Shown: positions 37,871 to 47,700 of the stretch, piece after piece
Layout: every line of letters starts with the position of its first letter
Position numbering within the stretch: position 1 is the first letter of the stretch
Assembly: GCA_031411295.1 (NCBI GenBank)
Contig: JANOAV010000157.1
Location: 1 to 64,000, forward strand
DNA length: 64,000 nt
Origin: Verrucomicrobiales bacterium
GTDB lineage: Bacteria > Verrucomicrobiota > Verrucomicrobiia > Verrucomicrobiales > V1-33
Direction of reading: 5' to 3'
Position numbers and translations under genes: made by a program
The notes under the pieces: generated by a model
Told to the model about the DNA's origin: nothing
Database searches by the model: none
Seen by the model: only the letters and a program-made list of their open reading frames with translations

Positions 37871-38827
37871 ATGAAAAAGCGCCCAGTCCTCCCCAAACCC
37901 GTCTTCCTTGACCCCACCATCGATTGGGCGTTCAAGCGTATTTTTGGCTCCGTCGAGAGTCACGATATTTTGTTGGGGTTTCTTAATGCACTGCTCCATG
38001 GCGGTCGCACCGTAATCCAGAGTTTAACCATCAAGGATCCTTATCTCGCGGCCCGCCTTAAGGACCTCAAGGAAACCGCCGTGGACGTCAGAGCGGTCTT
38101 GGACAATGGCTCCGAACAACTCATCGAGATGCAACTCTTCCCCACCAGCGGCTTCACGCAGCGCCTCAATTTCAATGCTGCCAAAGTGATGGCCGGGCAA
38201 TTGAAGCGCGGAGGCAACTATCTCAACGTTCGCCCAGTCACGATCATCGCCATCACGAATTTCGAAATCCTCCCGCATCGGCAGGAATGGTTCAGTCATT
38301 TCAGTCCGATTGAACGCACCTCGGGAGACCATTACCCGCACGGTGGAATCGACATCATTTTCCTAGAACTCCCCAAAGCCACCACCGAACGCATTCCGCT
38401 ACATCACCCCATGCGTGAGTGGCTAAGTTTCTTGATTTCCGCCAAAAACTGGCGTAGGGTCCCCAAGGAAGTGAAGGATCCCCGCGTCCACCATGCCTTG
38501 GACATCGCGCGCATGGATAATCTCACCCCCAAAGAATCCGAACTTATGAGCCGTCGCCAACTTTATCAATGGGATCAAATCAACATGCGCACTTACGCGC
38601 TGGAGGAGGGGCGTGCTGAAGGAAAGGCTGAAGGAAAGGCTGAAGGTAAGACTGAAGGTAAGGCTGAAACGTTGCGGAAAATTCTCGCTAAACGCCTTGG
38701 GCCATTGCCGAAAACAGTGACGACCCTGATTGGACGCTTGGATTTCCTGCAGTTGGAGAAGCTGGAAGACCGCGTGTTGGATTTTCCTTCGGTCAAAAGT
38801 GTGCGGGAGTTCTTGCAGTCCCTGTGA
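37871..38827 (+). CDS. Rpn family recombination-promoting nuclease / putative transposase (PD-(D/E)XK) with DUF4351-like C-terminus
   Basis: P..DWAFKRIFG, LLGFLNALL, VDV.A...IEMQ, FLELPK, and G.AEGK repeats. Confidence 0.92.
   Translation: MKKRPVLPKPVFLDPTIDWAFKRIFGSVESHDILLGFLNALLHGGRTVIQSLTIKDPYLAARLKDLKETAVDVRAVLDNGSEQLIEMQLFPTSGFTQRLNFNAAKVMAGQLKRGGNYLNVRPVTIIAITNFEILPHRQEWFSHFSPIERTSGDHYPHGGIDIIFLELPKATTERIPLHHPMREWLSFLISAKNWRRVPKEVKDPRVHHALDIARMDNLTPKESELMSRRQLYQWDQINMRTYALEEGRAEGKAEGKAEGKTEGKAETLRKILAKRLGPLPKTVTTLIGRLDFLQLEKLEDRVLDFPSVKSVREFLQSL
38615..38668 (+). repeat. 12-bp tandem repeat (GCTGAAGGWAAG, about 4.5 copies) encoding AEGK
   Basis: gctgaaggaaag gctgaaggaaag gctgaaggtaag actgaaggtaag gctgaa. 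Confidence 0.9.
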
Positions 38828-38985
38828 AGGCACTGAGTGGTAAACTCCCAATCACTCCTGGGTGGACAAGCGCCTGCTCGGAGCGTTCCACAATCCAACG
38901 CGATCAGACGATTATCCAACAATCCTCCGTCGCCAGCATCTTCCTCTTGTAAATTGTTTTGCCCCTCCGCTATGATTTCCTCATC

Positions 38986-40140
38986 ATGGCTGACTCCTTT
39001 CATTCCCAATACCCTTCCATCGAGCACCTGCGTGAACGGGCGCGTCAACGGACGCCTCGCTTTGCTTTTGAATATCTGGAAGGCGGATGCTTTTCTGAGA
39101 TCAATCTGCGGCGCAATACGGAGGAGATTCGTGAGATCCAACTCAAGCCGTGGTATCTGAATGATTTCGCTGGCGCATCATTGCAGACCGAGTTGTTCGG
39201 CAAGACCTACGATGCGCCCTTCGGAATAGCCCCCATCGGGCTTCAGGGCCTGATCTGGCCGCGGGCGACAGAGATCCTGGCCAAAGCGGCCCAGCAACAC
39301 AACATCCCTTTCATCCTTAGCACCGTCGGCACCGCTAGCATCGAAACCGTGGCCGAACTCACGCAAGGCAATGCCTGGTTTCAACTCTATCATCCAGTCG
39401 CAACTGAACTCCGAGACAAGCTCCTGGACCGGGTGACAGCTGCGGGCTTTCCCGTGCTCGTCATCCTCGCTGATACCCCCACCTTCGCCTATCGGCCCAA
39501 AGAGATCCGCAACGGGTTGTCCATTCCACCCAAAATGTCCCTGCGCAATGTCTTCCAAATGATGCTGCATCCCACCTGGTCGTTCAGCCAACTTCTCGCT
39601 GGCGCACCAGAGTTTAAGACCATGAAACCCTACATCCCCAAGGGATTGAACATGAAGCACCTTGGGTTGTTCATGAACCAAACGTTTTCCGGCAGACTCA
39701 ATGCCGACAAGATTAAAGCCATCCGCGATCGCTGGAAGGGCAGGCTAGTCATTAAAGGAATCGTCAACCCCGACGACGCTGAGAAAGCCATCGCGCTTGG
39801 AGTTGACGGCCTCATCGTCTCCAATCACGGCGGCCGCCAACTTGATGCGGGGCAATCAACCATCAAGCCCCTGACAGCCCTGGCGAAAGAATTCGGCACG
39901 CGCACCACTCTCATGCTAGACAGCGGCGTGCGCAGCGGTCCGGATGTCGCGTGCGCCTTGGCCAGCGGAGCGAAATTCACCTTCATGGGCCGCTCCTTCA
40001 TGTATGGCATCGGGGCGCTCGGAGCCAGCGGTGGAGATCACACGATCACCATGCTCAAGCGCCAACTCCAGCAAGTGATGGAGCAATTGGCCTGCGAACG
40101 AGTGTCCGACTTCCCCCGACACCTCGTAACTGGAAGCTAG
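38986..40140 (+). CDS. lldD: FMN-dependent alpha-hydroxy acid oxidase/dehydrogenase (L-lactate dehydrogenase-like)
   Basis: FEYLEGG, PFGIAP, WFQLY, KG, SNHGGRQLD, DSGVRSG.D. TTGTAA-N18-TATGAT promoter 9 nt before the ATG. Substrate not certain. Confidence 0.8.
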   Translation: MADSFHSQYPSIEHLRERARQRTPRFAFEYLEGGCFSEINLRRNTEEIREIQLKPWYLNDFAGASLQTELFGKTYDAPFGIAPIGLQGLIWPRATEILAKAAQQHNIPFILSTVGTASIETVAELTQGNAWFQLYHPVATELRDKLLDRVTAAGFPVLVILADTPTFAYRPKEIRNGLSIPPKMSLRNVFQMMLHPTWSFSQLLAGAPEFKTMKPYIPKGLNMKHLGLFMNQTFSGRLNADKIKAIRDRWKGRLVIKGIVNPDDAEKAIALGVDGLIVSNHGGRQLDAGQSTIKPLTALAKEFGTRTTLMLDSGVRSGPDVACALASGAKFTFMGRSFMYGIGALGASGGDHTITMLKRQLQQVMEQLACERVSDFPRHLVTGS

Positions 40141-40224
40141 CCCGCATCTCTTACCAGATTCGTCGCGAGGCGCACAGATTACCTGATTTACCAAGGCGCG
40201 CGCAGGATGCTACGCTGGAGGGAT

Positions 40225-40839
40225 TTACTTGGTCGGCGGGGTGGGCAAGTAACAACCGATGGCCTTGGTGAACTTTTCCGCCACGGGTTTTTTCGCCAGA
40301 ACTGCGTCGAGCGCCAGGCGCAGATCGCGTTGCCTTGGATCGGCTCTGACCGTGCCAAACTTTACGGCCCGGTCATCGATCCGCCCGCGGTAAACCATTT
40401 CACCCTTGGCATTGAAGACACAGGCCTCGGGCATGACCGTGGCTCCCGTCAGCGCGACTAACTGTAACTGCGGGTCCAGCAAGCCTGCGAGTGGAAGCTT
40501 GTATTCCTTCAGGTGCCGGGAGGCTTCCTCGGATGTGGCATCGGCATAAACCGCATAGCAGAGGATGCCCCGAGCCTGATACTCGGTCACGATGCGCGCG
40601 ATCTCGGGAGCGTAAGCATTTCCGATCGGGCACTCCGGCGTGAGGAAAAACAAGACCGTGGCCTGCTGGTGCTGATCTGCCAGCGGAGCGATGGATTGAC
40701 CGGCGGGGTTATGCAAATGAATCGCCCTTCCTGCTTTAACACTATTTTCCTCGGTGCCTCCAAGGGCTGGGGCCACGCATCCCATCATGAGCTGGATGAC
40801 GAGGATTACGTTGGCAACTATGGGAACACGGAGGATCAT
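40225..40839 (-). CDS. Exported redoxin (thioredoxin-fold, AhpC/TSA-like) protein
   Basis: ECP, GAT..PEA, YRGRIDD, C-terminal AIGC. Start uncertain. Confidence 0.85.
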   Translation of the reverse strand: MILRVPIVANVILVIQLMMGCVAPALGGTEENSVKAGRAIHLHNPAGQSIAPLADQHQQATVLFFLTPECPIGNAYAPEIARIVTEYQARGILCYAVYADATSEEASRHLKEYKLPLAGLLDPQLQLVALTGATVMPEACVFNAKGEMVYRGRIDDRAVKFGTVRADPRQRDLRLALDAVLAKKPVAEKFTKAIGCYLPTPPTK

Positions 40840-41013
40840 ATATCGGCCGTCAACTAAACCTGCCGTGACCTTGATGCCAGCGGAAATGCGCCCGGGCTTC
40901 CCGAGATTGCGGGTCAGTGGGGATTGAATTCAAGGAGGTGCCTTCGAGGGCGCTGAAATCGAATCATGTGTCCCGAATGCCACCCACTGCCTGAGTGTGC
41001 ATTGCGGCTAAGC

Positions 41014-43890
41014 TTACCGCTGCCAGCGGTAAAATTTACGTGACTGATCCGTCGTAAGTGGCAGAGGATTCGGAGTGTTGGGGAGCGGTTGCCAGTTCGA
41101 TAGGGTATCGCTTGTTTGCAGGGTCCAGCGTGGATCCAGCCAGTAGAGGTAGTGTCTGCCAGCAGTGGTGCGGCCCAAGCCGGTCACGCCATCCGTGGGC
41201 GGATGATAGCTGGCGGTGAGTTCCAGATCAAACGACAGATCGCTGGAGGTGGCGTTAAATTGATGGACTTCCACTGCGATGACATTGTCCCCTTCCTGCA
41301 ATGCGGAAACGATGGCGGGGTCCACTTCAACGGGGTAGTAAGTAATTTCATCTGCTGCATCCACGGCGGTGGCAGCCAGGGTGGAATACCCAATAAATCC
41401 GCCCGTCGTGGCTCCGCTATCAATGTTACTGCGACCGACTTGTTGGCCATTCACATAAACGACGGCCCCGTCATCGCGCATAAGTTTAAGCGTGAGCGCT
41501 TTGATTTCAAAGGCGTTGGTGAGGTTGAAATGGCGTCTGAAATACACTGCCAGCGTTCGGTTGGTGCTGGAACCCTGCTCGGTGGCGGTTAGGGTGGTTC
41601 CAAGCGTGATGGGTGCGGTGGTGGGGCCTACGACCCCGAAGCCGATGGGGGCGGTCTTGTTGATATTCCAGTTCGTTTCCGGGTAGGGCAGTCCGCGCCA
41701 GTTGCCGCTGGGTTCGGCTCGCAAGGCTTGATAGAGCCATCCGCTGGCAGCTTTGGGGATGATGATGGCATCTGCCGGACTGGGTGGCGTGGCGTAGAAT
41801 GAAAGCTCCGTTCCCGTAACTTCGGCGTTCACGGGCTGCGTTAGGGAAAGTTGCAGGAATGAAATGGCGGCACTTGGCGTGATCGGCAGGGTGATTCGTT
41901 TGAGCGTTTCCCCAGGCGAAAAGGAAACGGTTCCGGTGGCAAGCACAGACTCGGTGGCCGCAGCGGGATCTGTTTTGCCGATAAGTTGGTAGGTCGCGCT
42001 AACTGGATTGGCGCTGAAGGTGGACAGCCGCAGATCGAACTGGCCAGGGTATTCCGTGATGGGCAGTTGCCGAGCCGTGCCAGTGATGGCGATACCGACT
42101 GGGCCACCGCCCGCTGGCATGAAGGCAGTCAAGCGCGTGGCATCGCTGGCGGGGTTCCACACGGCATTGCCGGAATGCAGCGGAGTGGCTTCGGTGAAGA
42201 GATTTCCCGTCACGGACATGCGATTGGTGCGATACGTCCACGAGGCCCATTCATAGCCCCAGACATCGTGAAAGGCATTGTAGATGCTGATGGAGTTCGT
42301 CACGGTCATCAGGCCTGTGTAGGTGGAGAACGTGGGCGGGCCATAGTTGTCGCCACTGCGGAATCCATTCATGCAGCCAACAGCCAGACAGTTGTCGGCC
42401 GAGGTATTGCAGGCATCGAAACCCTGTTCCAAACCCTGTCCACAATGGAAGTAGACCGTGTTGTGATTCTGTGAATTATGCCCCGCAGCCGCGGGCGAGA
42501 ATCCTTCGTGAAAGGTATTTTCCAACCAGCAGTCGCGCACGATAATATTTCCGGCCAGGCTGTCCAGTCCGTCGTCCTTGGTCTGAGCGACCACCAGACG
42601 TGTTAGGTTGTAAGTGCCAGCGTTCGGTTCCAGATAAAAACCATCGTTGTCTCCGTCCACGAAGTTCGTGGTGCTGTCGGGAATTTCGATCAGCCCGCAA
42701 CGGAGCACAGTGAAATTTCCATCGTTCATCTGGCCACCGGTCGTAACGCGCTGAATGAGGCAGTCGGTCAGGCTGAGCGTCCCGTTCTTGAGGTTGAAGG
42801 CTTGACCGGCATGAGCGGTGATGAAGCAATTCGTTAGACTGGCGTTGGCAGCGGTGTCCACCAGCACACAAGCCTGCTCCCGGCGGTGCGTGCCGTAGCC
42901 AGCGTGGGTGTTGAACCAGAGCGGATCCGCCCCACTGCCGGTAAAGATGGTTCCGGTGGCCGTTAGTCGTGAACCGCTGGTGGAAGTGAGCCGAATGCCA
43001 CCCCATGGCTGGCTGGCGTTGCTGGGAAGAAAGATGACGGGGTTCGTCAGGGTGCCGTTGAGGTTGATGGCAGCGCCATTGGCCACAATTTCCGCTGCGG
43101 CATCCAAGCGCACCACGGTGCCTGCGCCAATGGTTAGCACAGATCCTGGTGAGATGGTCAAAACGCCACTGAGATGAATCCGTGCGTTGCTGCCCCAATC
43201 CTGCGTGGCAATGGTGCCGGTCTTGTCGGTCCAGGTGGGATTGGCTTCGATGCTGATGGATTTGTCCGTGGTGTGCCCGGCAAGGGTCGCATCATAATGC
43301 AGGGTGCCGACGGTGGTGGCAGCGGGAAGAAAGGCCGATCCCCAGCCGCGAATCAGCCGCAGTGGTTGGCCCGGGAAATTGGCCGACTGCACGTTGCCAT
43401 TGAGCCAGAGCGGTTGGCCCGCACTGTTGCGCAAATAGGTGGCCACGGGGATGGGAAGTCCTGCGGGGAAACTAGCCGGGGCCACCACGGTCAGCGTTCC
43501 AGCTGTTAGCGCGCTGGGAGCATCATCCACCAGGGGAGGTGGCGTGAAGCTGGGGATGCCGTCTTCCGTGGTGATGCGAGCACTGTTGCGGACGATGAAT
43601 TTGAGCAACGCTGTTTCCACAGCCCCGCCAGCCGTCGGTTGCTTCTGCACGGCAAGCTCATGATAACGCACGCTGGAAATAGTCACGGGGCTGCCGATCG
43701 CCACACTGGTGCCGTCCACATTTGCCGTGGTGGTAAATCCTGCCTCGGCTGCAATCGTGAAGGTCACGCTATCATTGTAGCGCGATTGATTAGTTAGGCC
43801 AGTGACTGTAATCGTCGCCATGGCTGTCGATGTCTTTGCCAGCAAGGCCAGCGTCACCAACAGCGTTCGTAAAATGGCGGACGATTTCAT
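41014..43890 (-). CDS. Secreted right-handed beta-helix protein with C-terminal galactose-binding-like domain
   Basis: Signal peptide; PWGGI; DNDG/DDGLD beta-helix motifs; YFRRHF...RDDGAVVYVNG...NVIAVEVHQ...SDLSFDLEL; terminal SDTLSNW...KFYR domain. Confidence 0.8.
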   Translation of the reverse strand: MKSSAILRTLLVTLALLAKTSTAMATITVTGLTNQSRYNDSVTFTIAAEAGFTTTANVDGTSVAIGSPVTISSVRYHELAVQKQPTAGGAVETALLKFIVRNSARITTEDGIPSFTPPPLVDDAPSALTAGTLTVVAPASFPAGLPIPVATYLRNSAGQPLWLNGNVQSANFPGQPLRLIRGWGSAFLPAATTVGTLHYDATLAGHTTDKSISIEANPTWTDKTGTIATQDWGSNARIHLSGVLTISPGSVLTIGAGTVVRLDAAAEIVANGAAINLNGTLTNPVIFLPSNASQPWGGIRLTSTSGSRLTATGTIFTGSGADPLWFNTHAGYGTHRREQACVLVDTAANASLTNCFITAHAGQAFNLKNGTLSLTDCLIQRVTTGGQMNDGNFTVLRCGLIEIPDSTTNFVDGDNDGFYLEPNAGTYNLTRLVVAQTKDDGLDSLAGNIIVRDCWLENTFHEGFSPAAAGHNSQNHNTVYFHCGQGLEQGFDACNTSADNCLAVGCMNGFRSGDNYGPPTFSTYTGLMTVTNSISIYNAFHDVWGYEWASWTYRTNRMSVTGNLFTEATPLHSGNAVWNPASDATRLTAFMPAGGGPVGIAITGTARQLPITEYPGQFDLRLSTFSANPVSATYQLIGKTDPAAATESVLATGTVSFSPGETLKRITLPITPSAAISFLQLSLTQPVNAEVTGTELSFYATPPSPADAIIIPKAASGWLYQALRAEPSGNWRGLPYPETNWNINKTAPIGFGVVGPTTAPITLGTTLTATEQGSSTNRTLAVYFRRHFNLTNAFEIKALTLKLMRDDGAVVYVNGQQVGRSNIDSGATTGGFIGYSTLAATAVDAADEITYYPVEVDPAIVSALQEGDNVIAVEVHQFNATSSDLSFDLELTASYHPPTDGVTGLGRTTAGRHYLYWLDPRWTLQTSDTLSNWQPLPNTPNPLPLTTDQSRKFYRWQR

Positions 43891-43896
43891 GGAGCC

Positions 43897-44658
43897 TTAC
43901 TTTCTCCTCCGCGCCAGCAGGCCAAGGCCGAGCAGGCTGCTGAGGCCCATCATGCTGGGTTCTGGCACTGATGCGATATCCCAGGACATGGGGCCGATGT
44001 AGCCTGCTTGGCCCGAAGTGCCGTTGTTGGTGGAAGTGAGTTGGAAAGCATCACCTGCCGTGATGTTCGTGATATCGAAGAAATAGATCTCAGGCGTGCT
44101 GGTGCCAGCTGCTCCGCCGCGCAGGGAGATGGCGCCACTATCACCACCGCCGGGACCGGTTAGGCGATAGGTTTTATTGGTATCTGCGCCTGCTTCATCC
44201 GCACCCAGCGTGTCGCCAAAGACACCGACCCGCACGACCATGCCGGAATACGTGGAAGCGCTGCCTTCCATGCCAAAGGTGTAGATGGACGGGCCGCCAT
44301 AGATCAGGCCAGGAAAGTTGTCCCCGCCACCGGTGTTAATGTTATCAATAGACGGATAGCGGGCGTCGCCAGCGTATTGGCCATTGCCAACAGCGAGTCC
44401 CTGGTAGGACCAAGACAGCGTGCCGGATCCCGGCGCGCCCTGGCCTACGCCCACGTTTCCCCAGTCCACGGCCCCGATGCTGCTTCCGTAAATGTTGCTG
44501 CCTGTGATACTCATGGTTTTCGCCACGCCAGCGGTCTGCCAGCTCGTGGCTTCGGCTCCAGTGACAAAGCCAACATAGGTGATGGTGGCAGCTTGCGTAG
44601 CGTTGGCGAGACAACCGAACAAGAGGAGGGAGAGTGAGAGGGAGTAAGGGGGCTTCAT
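43897..44658 (-). CDS. PEP-CTERM sorting domain protein
   Basis: Signal peptide; C-terminal VPEPS + hydrophobic helix + RRRK. Confidence 0.93.
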   Translation of the reverse strand: MKPPYSLSLSLLLFGCLANATQAATITYVGFVTGAEATSWQTAGVAKTMSITGSNIYGSSIGAVDWGNVGVGQGAPGSGTLSWSYQGLAVGNGQYAGDARYPSIDNINTGGGDNFPGLIYGGPSIYTFGMEGSASTYSGMVVRVGVFGDTLGADEAGADTNKTYRLTGPGGGDSGAISLRGGAAGTSTPEIYFFDITNITAGDAFQLTSTNNGTSGQAGYIGPMSWDIASVPEPSMMGLSSLLGLGLLARRRK

Positions 44659-44738
44659 GAGGATGTTGAGGATATAGTTATTATCAAACTATGATCTATC
44701 TTAAAAAGGAAACCGTGACCATGGTAGGAACGCAACAA

Positions 44739-47700
44739 TTACCGACTAGAATGCAACCGCCGCCGGCGTTCCCGACGCGCGATGACTCCCAGCAGGACCA
44801 ATCCACCCGCCGCTGCGCCCGGTTCCGGCACGGGGACGAGTTCATTGCCGATGAGACCGCCGCCGCCAGTGCCGATCAGGGACGCCGTATTGCCCACAGG
44901 ACCGCTGTAGAAATTCACGTTATTGAAATCAATTCCGGCCACGTTAGTAAAGGTGATTTTATCCGTCCCCAGCGTCCAGGGAGCCCCGGTGTAATTCCAG
45001 ACGTTGAGCATGGCAGACCAAGCGGTCACTGCGGTAAAGGTCAGCGTGCCCGTGCCCGCGGCAGTGTCAATGTTGGCCACGCCATTCACACTCAAGGCTC
45101 CGGTATTATTGCTGAAGCCGCCGGTGTTCAGCGTGGCTCCGGTGCTGAGATTAAGCGCGGCCGTGGCGGGGAGGGCATTCGTCACTCCCAGCAGCAAGGT
45201 GCCACCGTTGATGGTCGTAGCTCCCGTGTAAGTGTTGAGTCCCTCCAGCGCCATGGTGCCGGCCCCGGCTTTGATCAAACTGCCTGCGCCTCCTTGGGCC
45301 CGATCAATCAGTGGCGCAGAAACGCTGAAGTCGGTGGCGGCATCGCCCGTAACATTGGCCACATCAAACGTCACCCCGCCGACTTTCGTGAGATGGCTGC
45401 CGTTGAGCAGGGCCGCCGTGCCGGTGGTGTTAAACATGGAGGGTATGCTTCCGCTGACGATGACATCGCCCTTCAGACTCCAGGACTGCACGGAGGGGAA
45501 CGCCCCGTTGGCCGAAGTTAGCGTGCCACCATTGAGAGTAATACTGGGCAAAATATTAAACGGACCATTGCCGCTCGCTTGGGAACCAGGCACGGCCGCC
45601 AGGGTGCCGCCATTAATCACGAAATTTAGCTGGGGATTTGCCCCGTCGTTGCCGAGGATATCGTGTTGTTTAAATTCCAAACGTGCGCCCGCGCCCACCG
45701 TTATCGTGCGAGCCACGGTGGGGTTGCCCAAGGCGGAAGTCGTGGTGGCAGGGCCCAGCAGCCCGGCCGTCAGGGCCACGGTTCCACCGGTGATGTTCAC
45801 ATTACCGATGAAAGTGCTGGCATTGCTACTAAGCGTCAAGATACCGTTTCCGGTCTTCGTGATGCCACCGCCGCCGTTGAGCAGTGCTTGGGCAATCGTG
45901 ACATTGAATCCGTTGGTATTGACCGTGCCGCCACCTGCCTGGACGGTCGCTGCGGTAAGCCCTTGCAAGAAGGTGGTGCTGTTAGCGGTGGGGACCAACG
46001 TTCCTCCATTGAAATTGAAATTGGCCGTGCCGGAACCGTTCTTGGAAAGAATGGGGGTAGTGAGGGTGCCTCCATTCAGATTGTAAACGCCATGGTTAGG
46101 CCCGCCGCCGCCGAAGTTGATTCCGCCCGTAGTGGTGACCGTGCCGCCATTCTGCGTGTAAGTGCCAGTGCCGGTTCCTTCAGCATATCCGCCCAGGTAA
46201 ATGGTGCCATTCACCTGGAGGGCGCCAGCGGTGTGGGTGGCGGTGCTGGTGCTGCCATGGGCTCCGACGACGAATTGACCGCCGGCAGTAACGCTCCCCG
46301 CAGTCAGTTTGAAATTTGCCAAACCTATGCCAACGGCACCGATATCGATCAAGCCCGGCCCGGAAATGCTGCCGGCATTCACCTCAAGTGTGCCTTCATT
46401 CACCAGCGTGCTGCTGGTGTAGGTATTGGCAGCAGTGAGCACCATGGTGCCTGCCCCCGTCTTGCGCAATTGTCCTGCCCCCGTGCCTCCCGGCCGATCC
46501 ATGAGCGGAACGCTAACGGTCAGGTCAGCTGCGGATCCCGTTGAGCTTACGATGAAGTCGTTCGGCCCGGTCACGCCCAAGTGAACGCCCGTGAACGTGG
46601 TGCCAGTGGTATTGATGAAAGAGGCCCCGGTGCCAGAGACGGTAACGCTGCCCCGCAGGTTGAACGTTTGGAAACCAGCGTTGACGCCATTTCCACCGGT
46701 TAGGGTGGAACCATCGTTCAGCGTTACATTTCCCAAGGTGTTGAAGAACGTGCCATGGGACAAGGTGGCATTGTTGAGAATGATGGTGGCGGGCATGGAG
46801 GTGGTGGAACCGATGGTGTCACTGCTGCCAAAGGTTAGGCTAGTGCCCGCCGCCAGCGTGATCGTCTTGCCCACCGTGGTCATATTTCCCAGAGACGTGG
46901 CCGTGGGGGTGGCGGTGTTGGCGGAGCCTGATGTCAGAACCGAGCCACTGTTGATGACCACATTTCCAGTGAACGTGCTGGCGTTAGTGGCCAGAGTTAG
47001 TTGACCGTTGCCATTTTTCGTCAATCCGCCACCGCCACCGCCATTGAGCAGGGCCACGCTGAGGGTGGCGTTGAACGTATTCGTATCAATGATGGCACCG
47101 CCCGCCAGGACATTGCCAGTGAGCAAACTCGCAAATGCCAACTCGATGGCTGCTCCCGCGCGCAGCGTGCCTCCGCCGAAATTCACGGTAGCAGTGCTGG
47201 CTCCGGTGCCATTTGCGATGCTGCGCGCTGTTGTCAGGGTGCCGCCATTGAGATTGATCACACTGCCCGTTCCCCCATAGGGATTGAGCCACAGTCGGGT
47301 GCCATCCAGTGAACTGGCTCCCGTGCCAGCGGCCGCCACGTTGACGGCTCCACCATTGATAGTTAGGGTTCCTGAGCCTGCGGTGCCAGGAGCGCCAATC
47401 TTCCCACCGATCAAGGTTGCCCCCACCGTGGCGCCCGCTCCATTTCCGATGTTCAACGCAGCCCCAGAATTCACCACGACAGTTCCCGCCGTGCCGTTGC
47501 CCGATCCGATGGCGAAGACTCCATTGTTGGCAACAGTGACATTTCCGGAAATGTTCAACAGGCCGTTGTTGGTGGTGTTGATGAGATTCGTGGCATTAAG
47601 TCCGCCTGTGGAGGTAATGTCCAGCGTGCCTCCCGACACGAGGGTATTGCCCGGGTAGGTGTTCATGGCATTGAGCTGCATGGTGCCCGCACCTGTTTTG

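Noticed and set aside
37871..38827. Insertion sequence around the Rpn gene
   Set aside because: No terminal inverted repeats or target duplication seen; Rpn proteins are not established IS transposases.
40880..41010. Cobalamin riboswitch (CCACTG...GGGAAG on the minus strand) or 6S RNA
   Set aside because: The other conserved riboswitch elements are missing and the downstream gene is unrelated; no 6S signature recognised.
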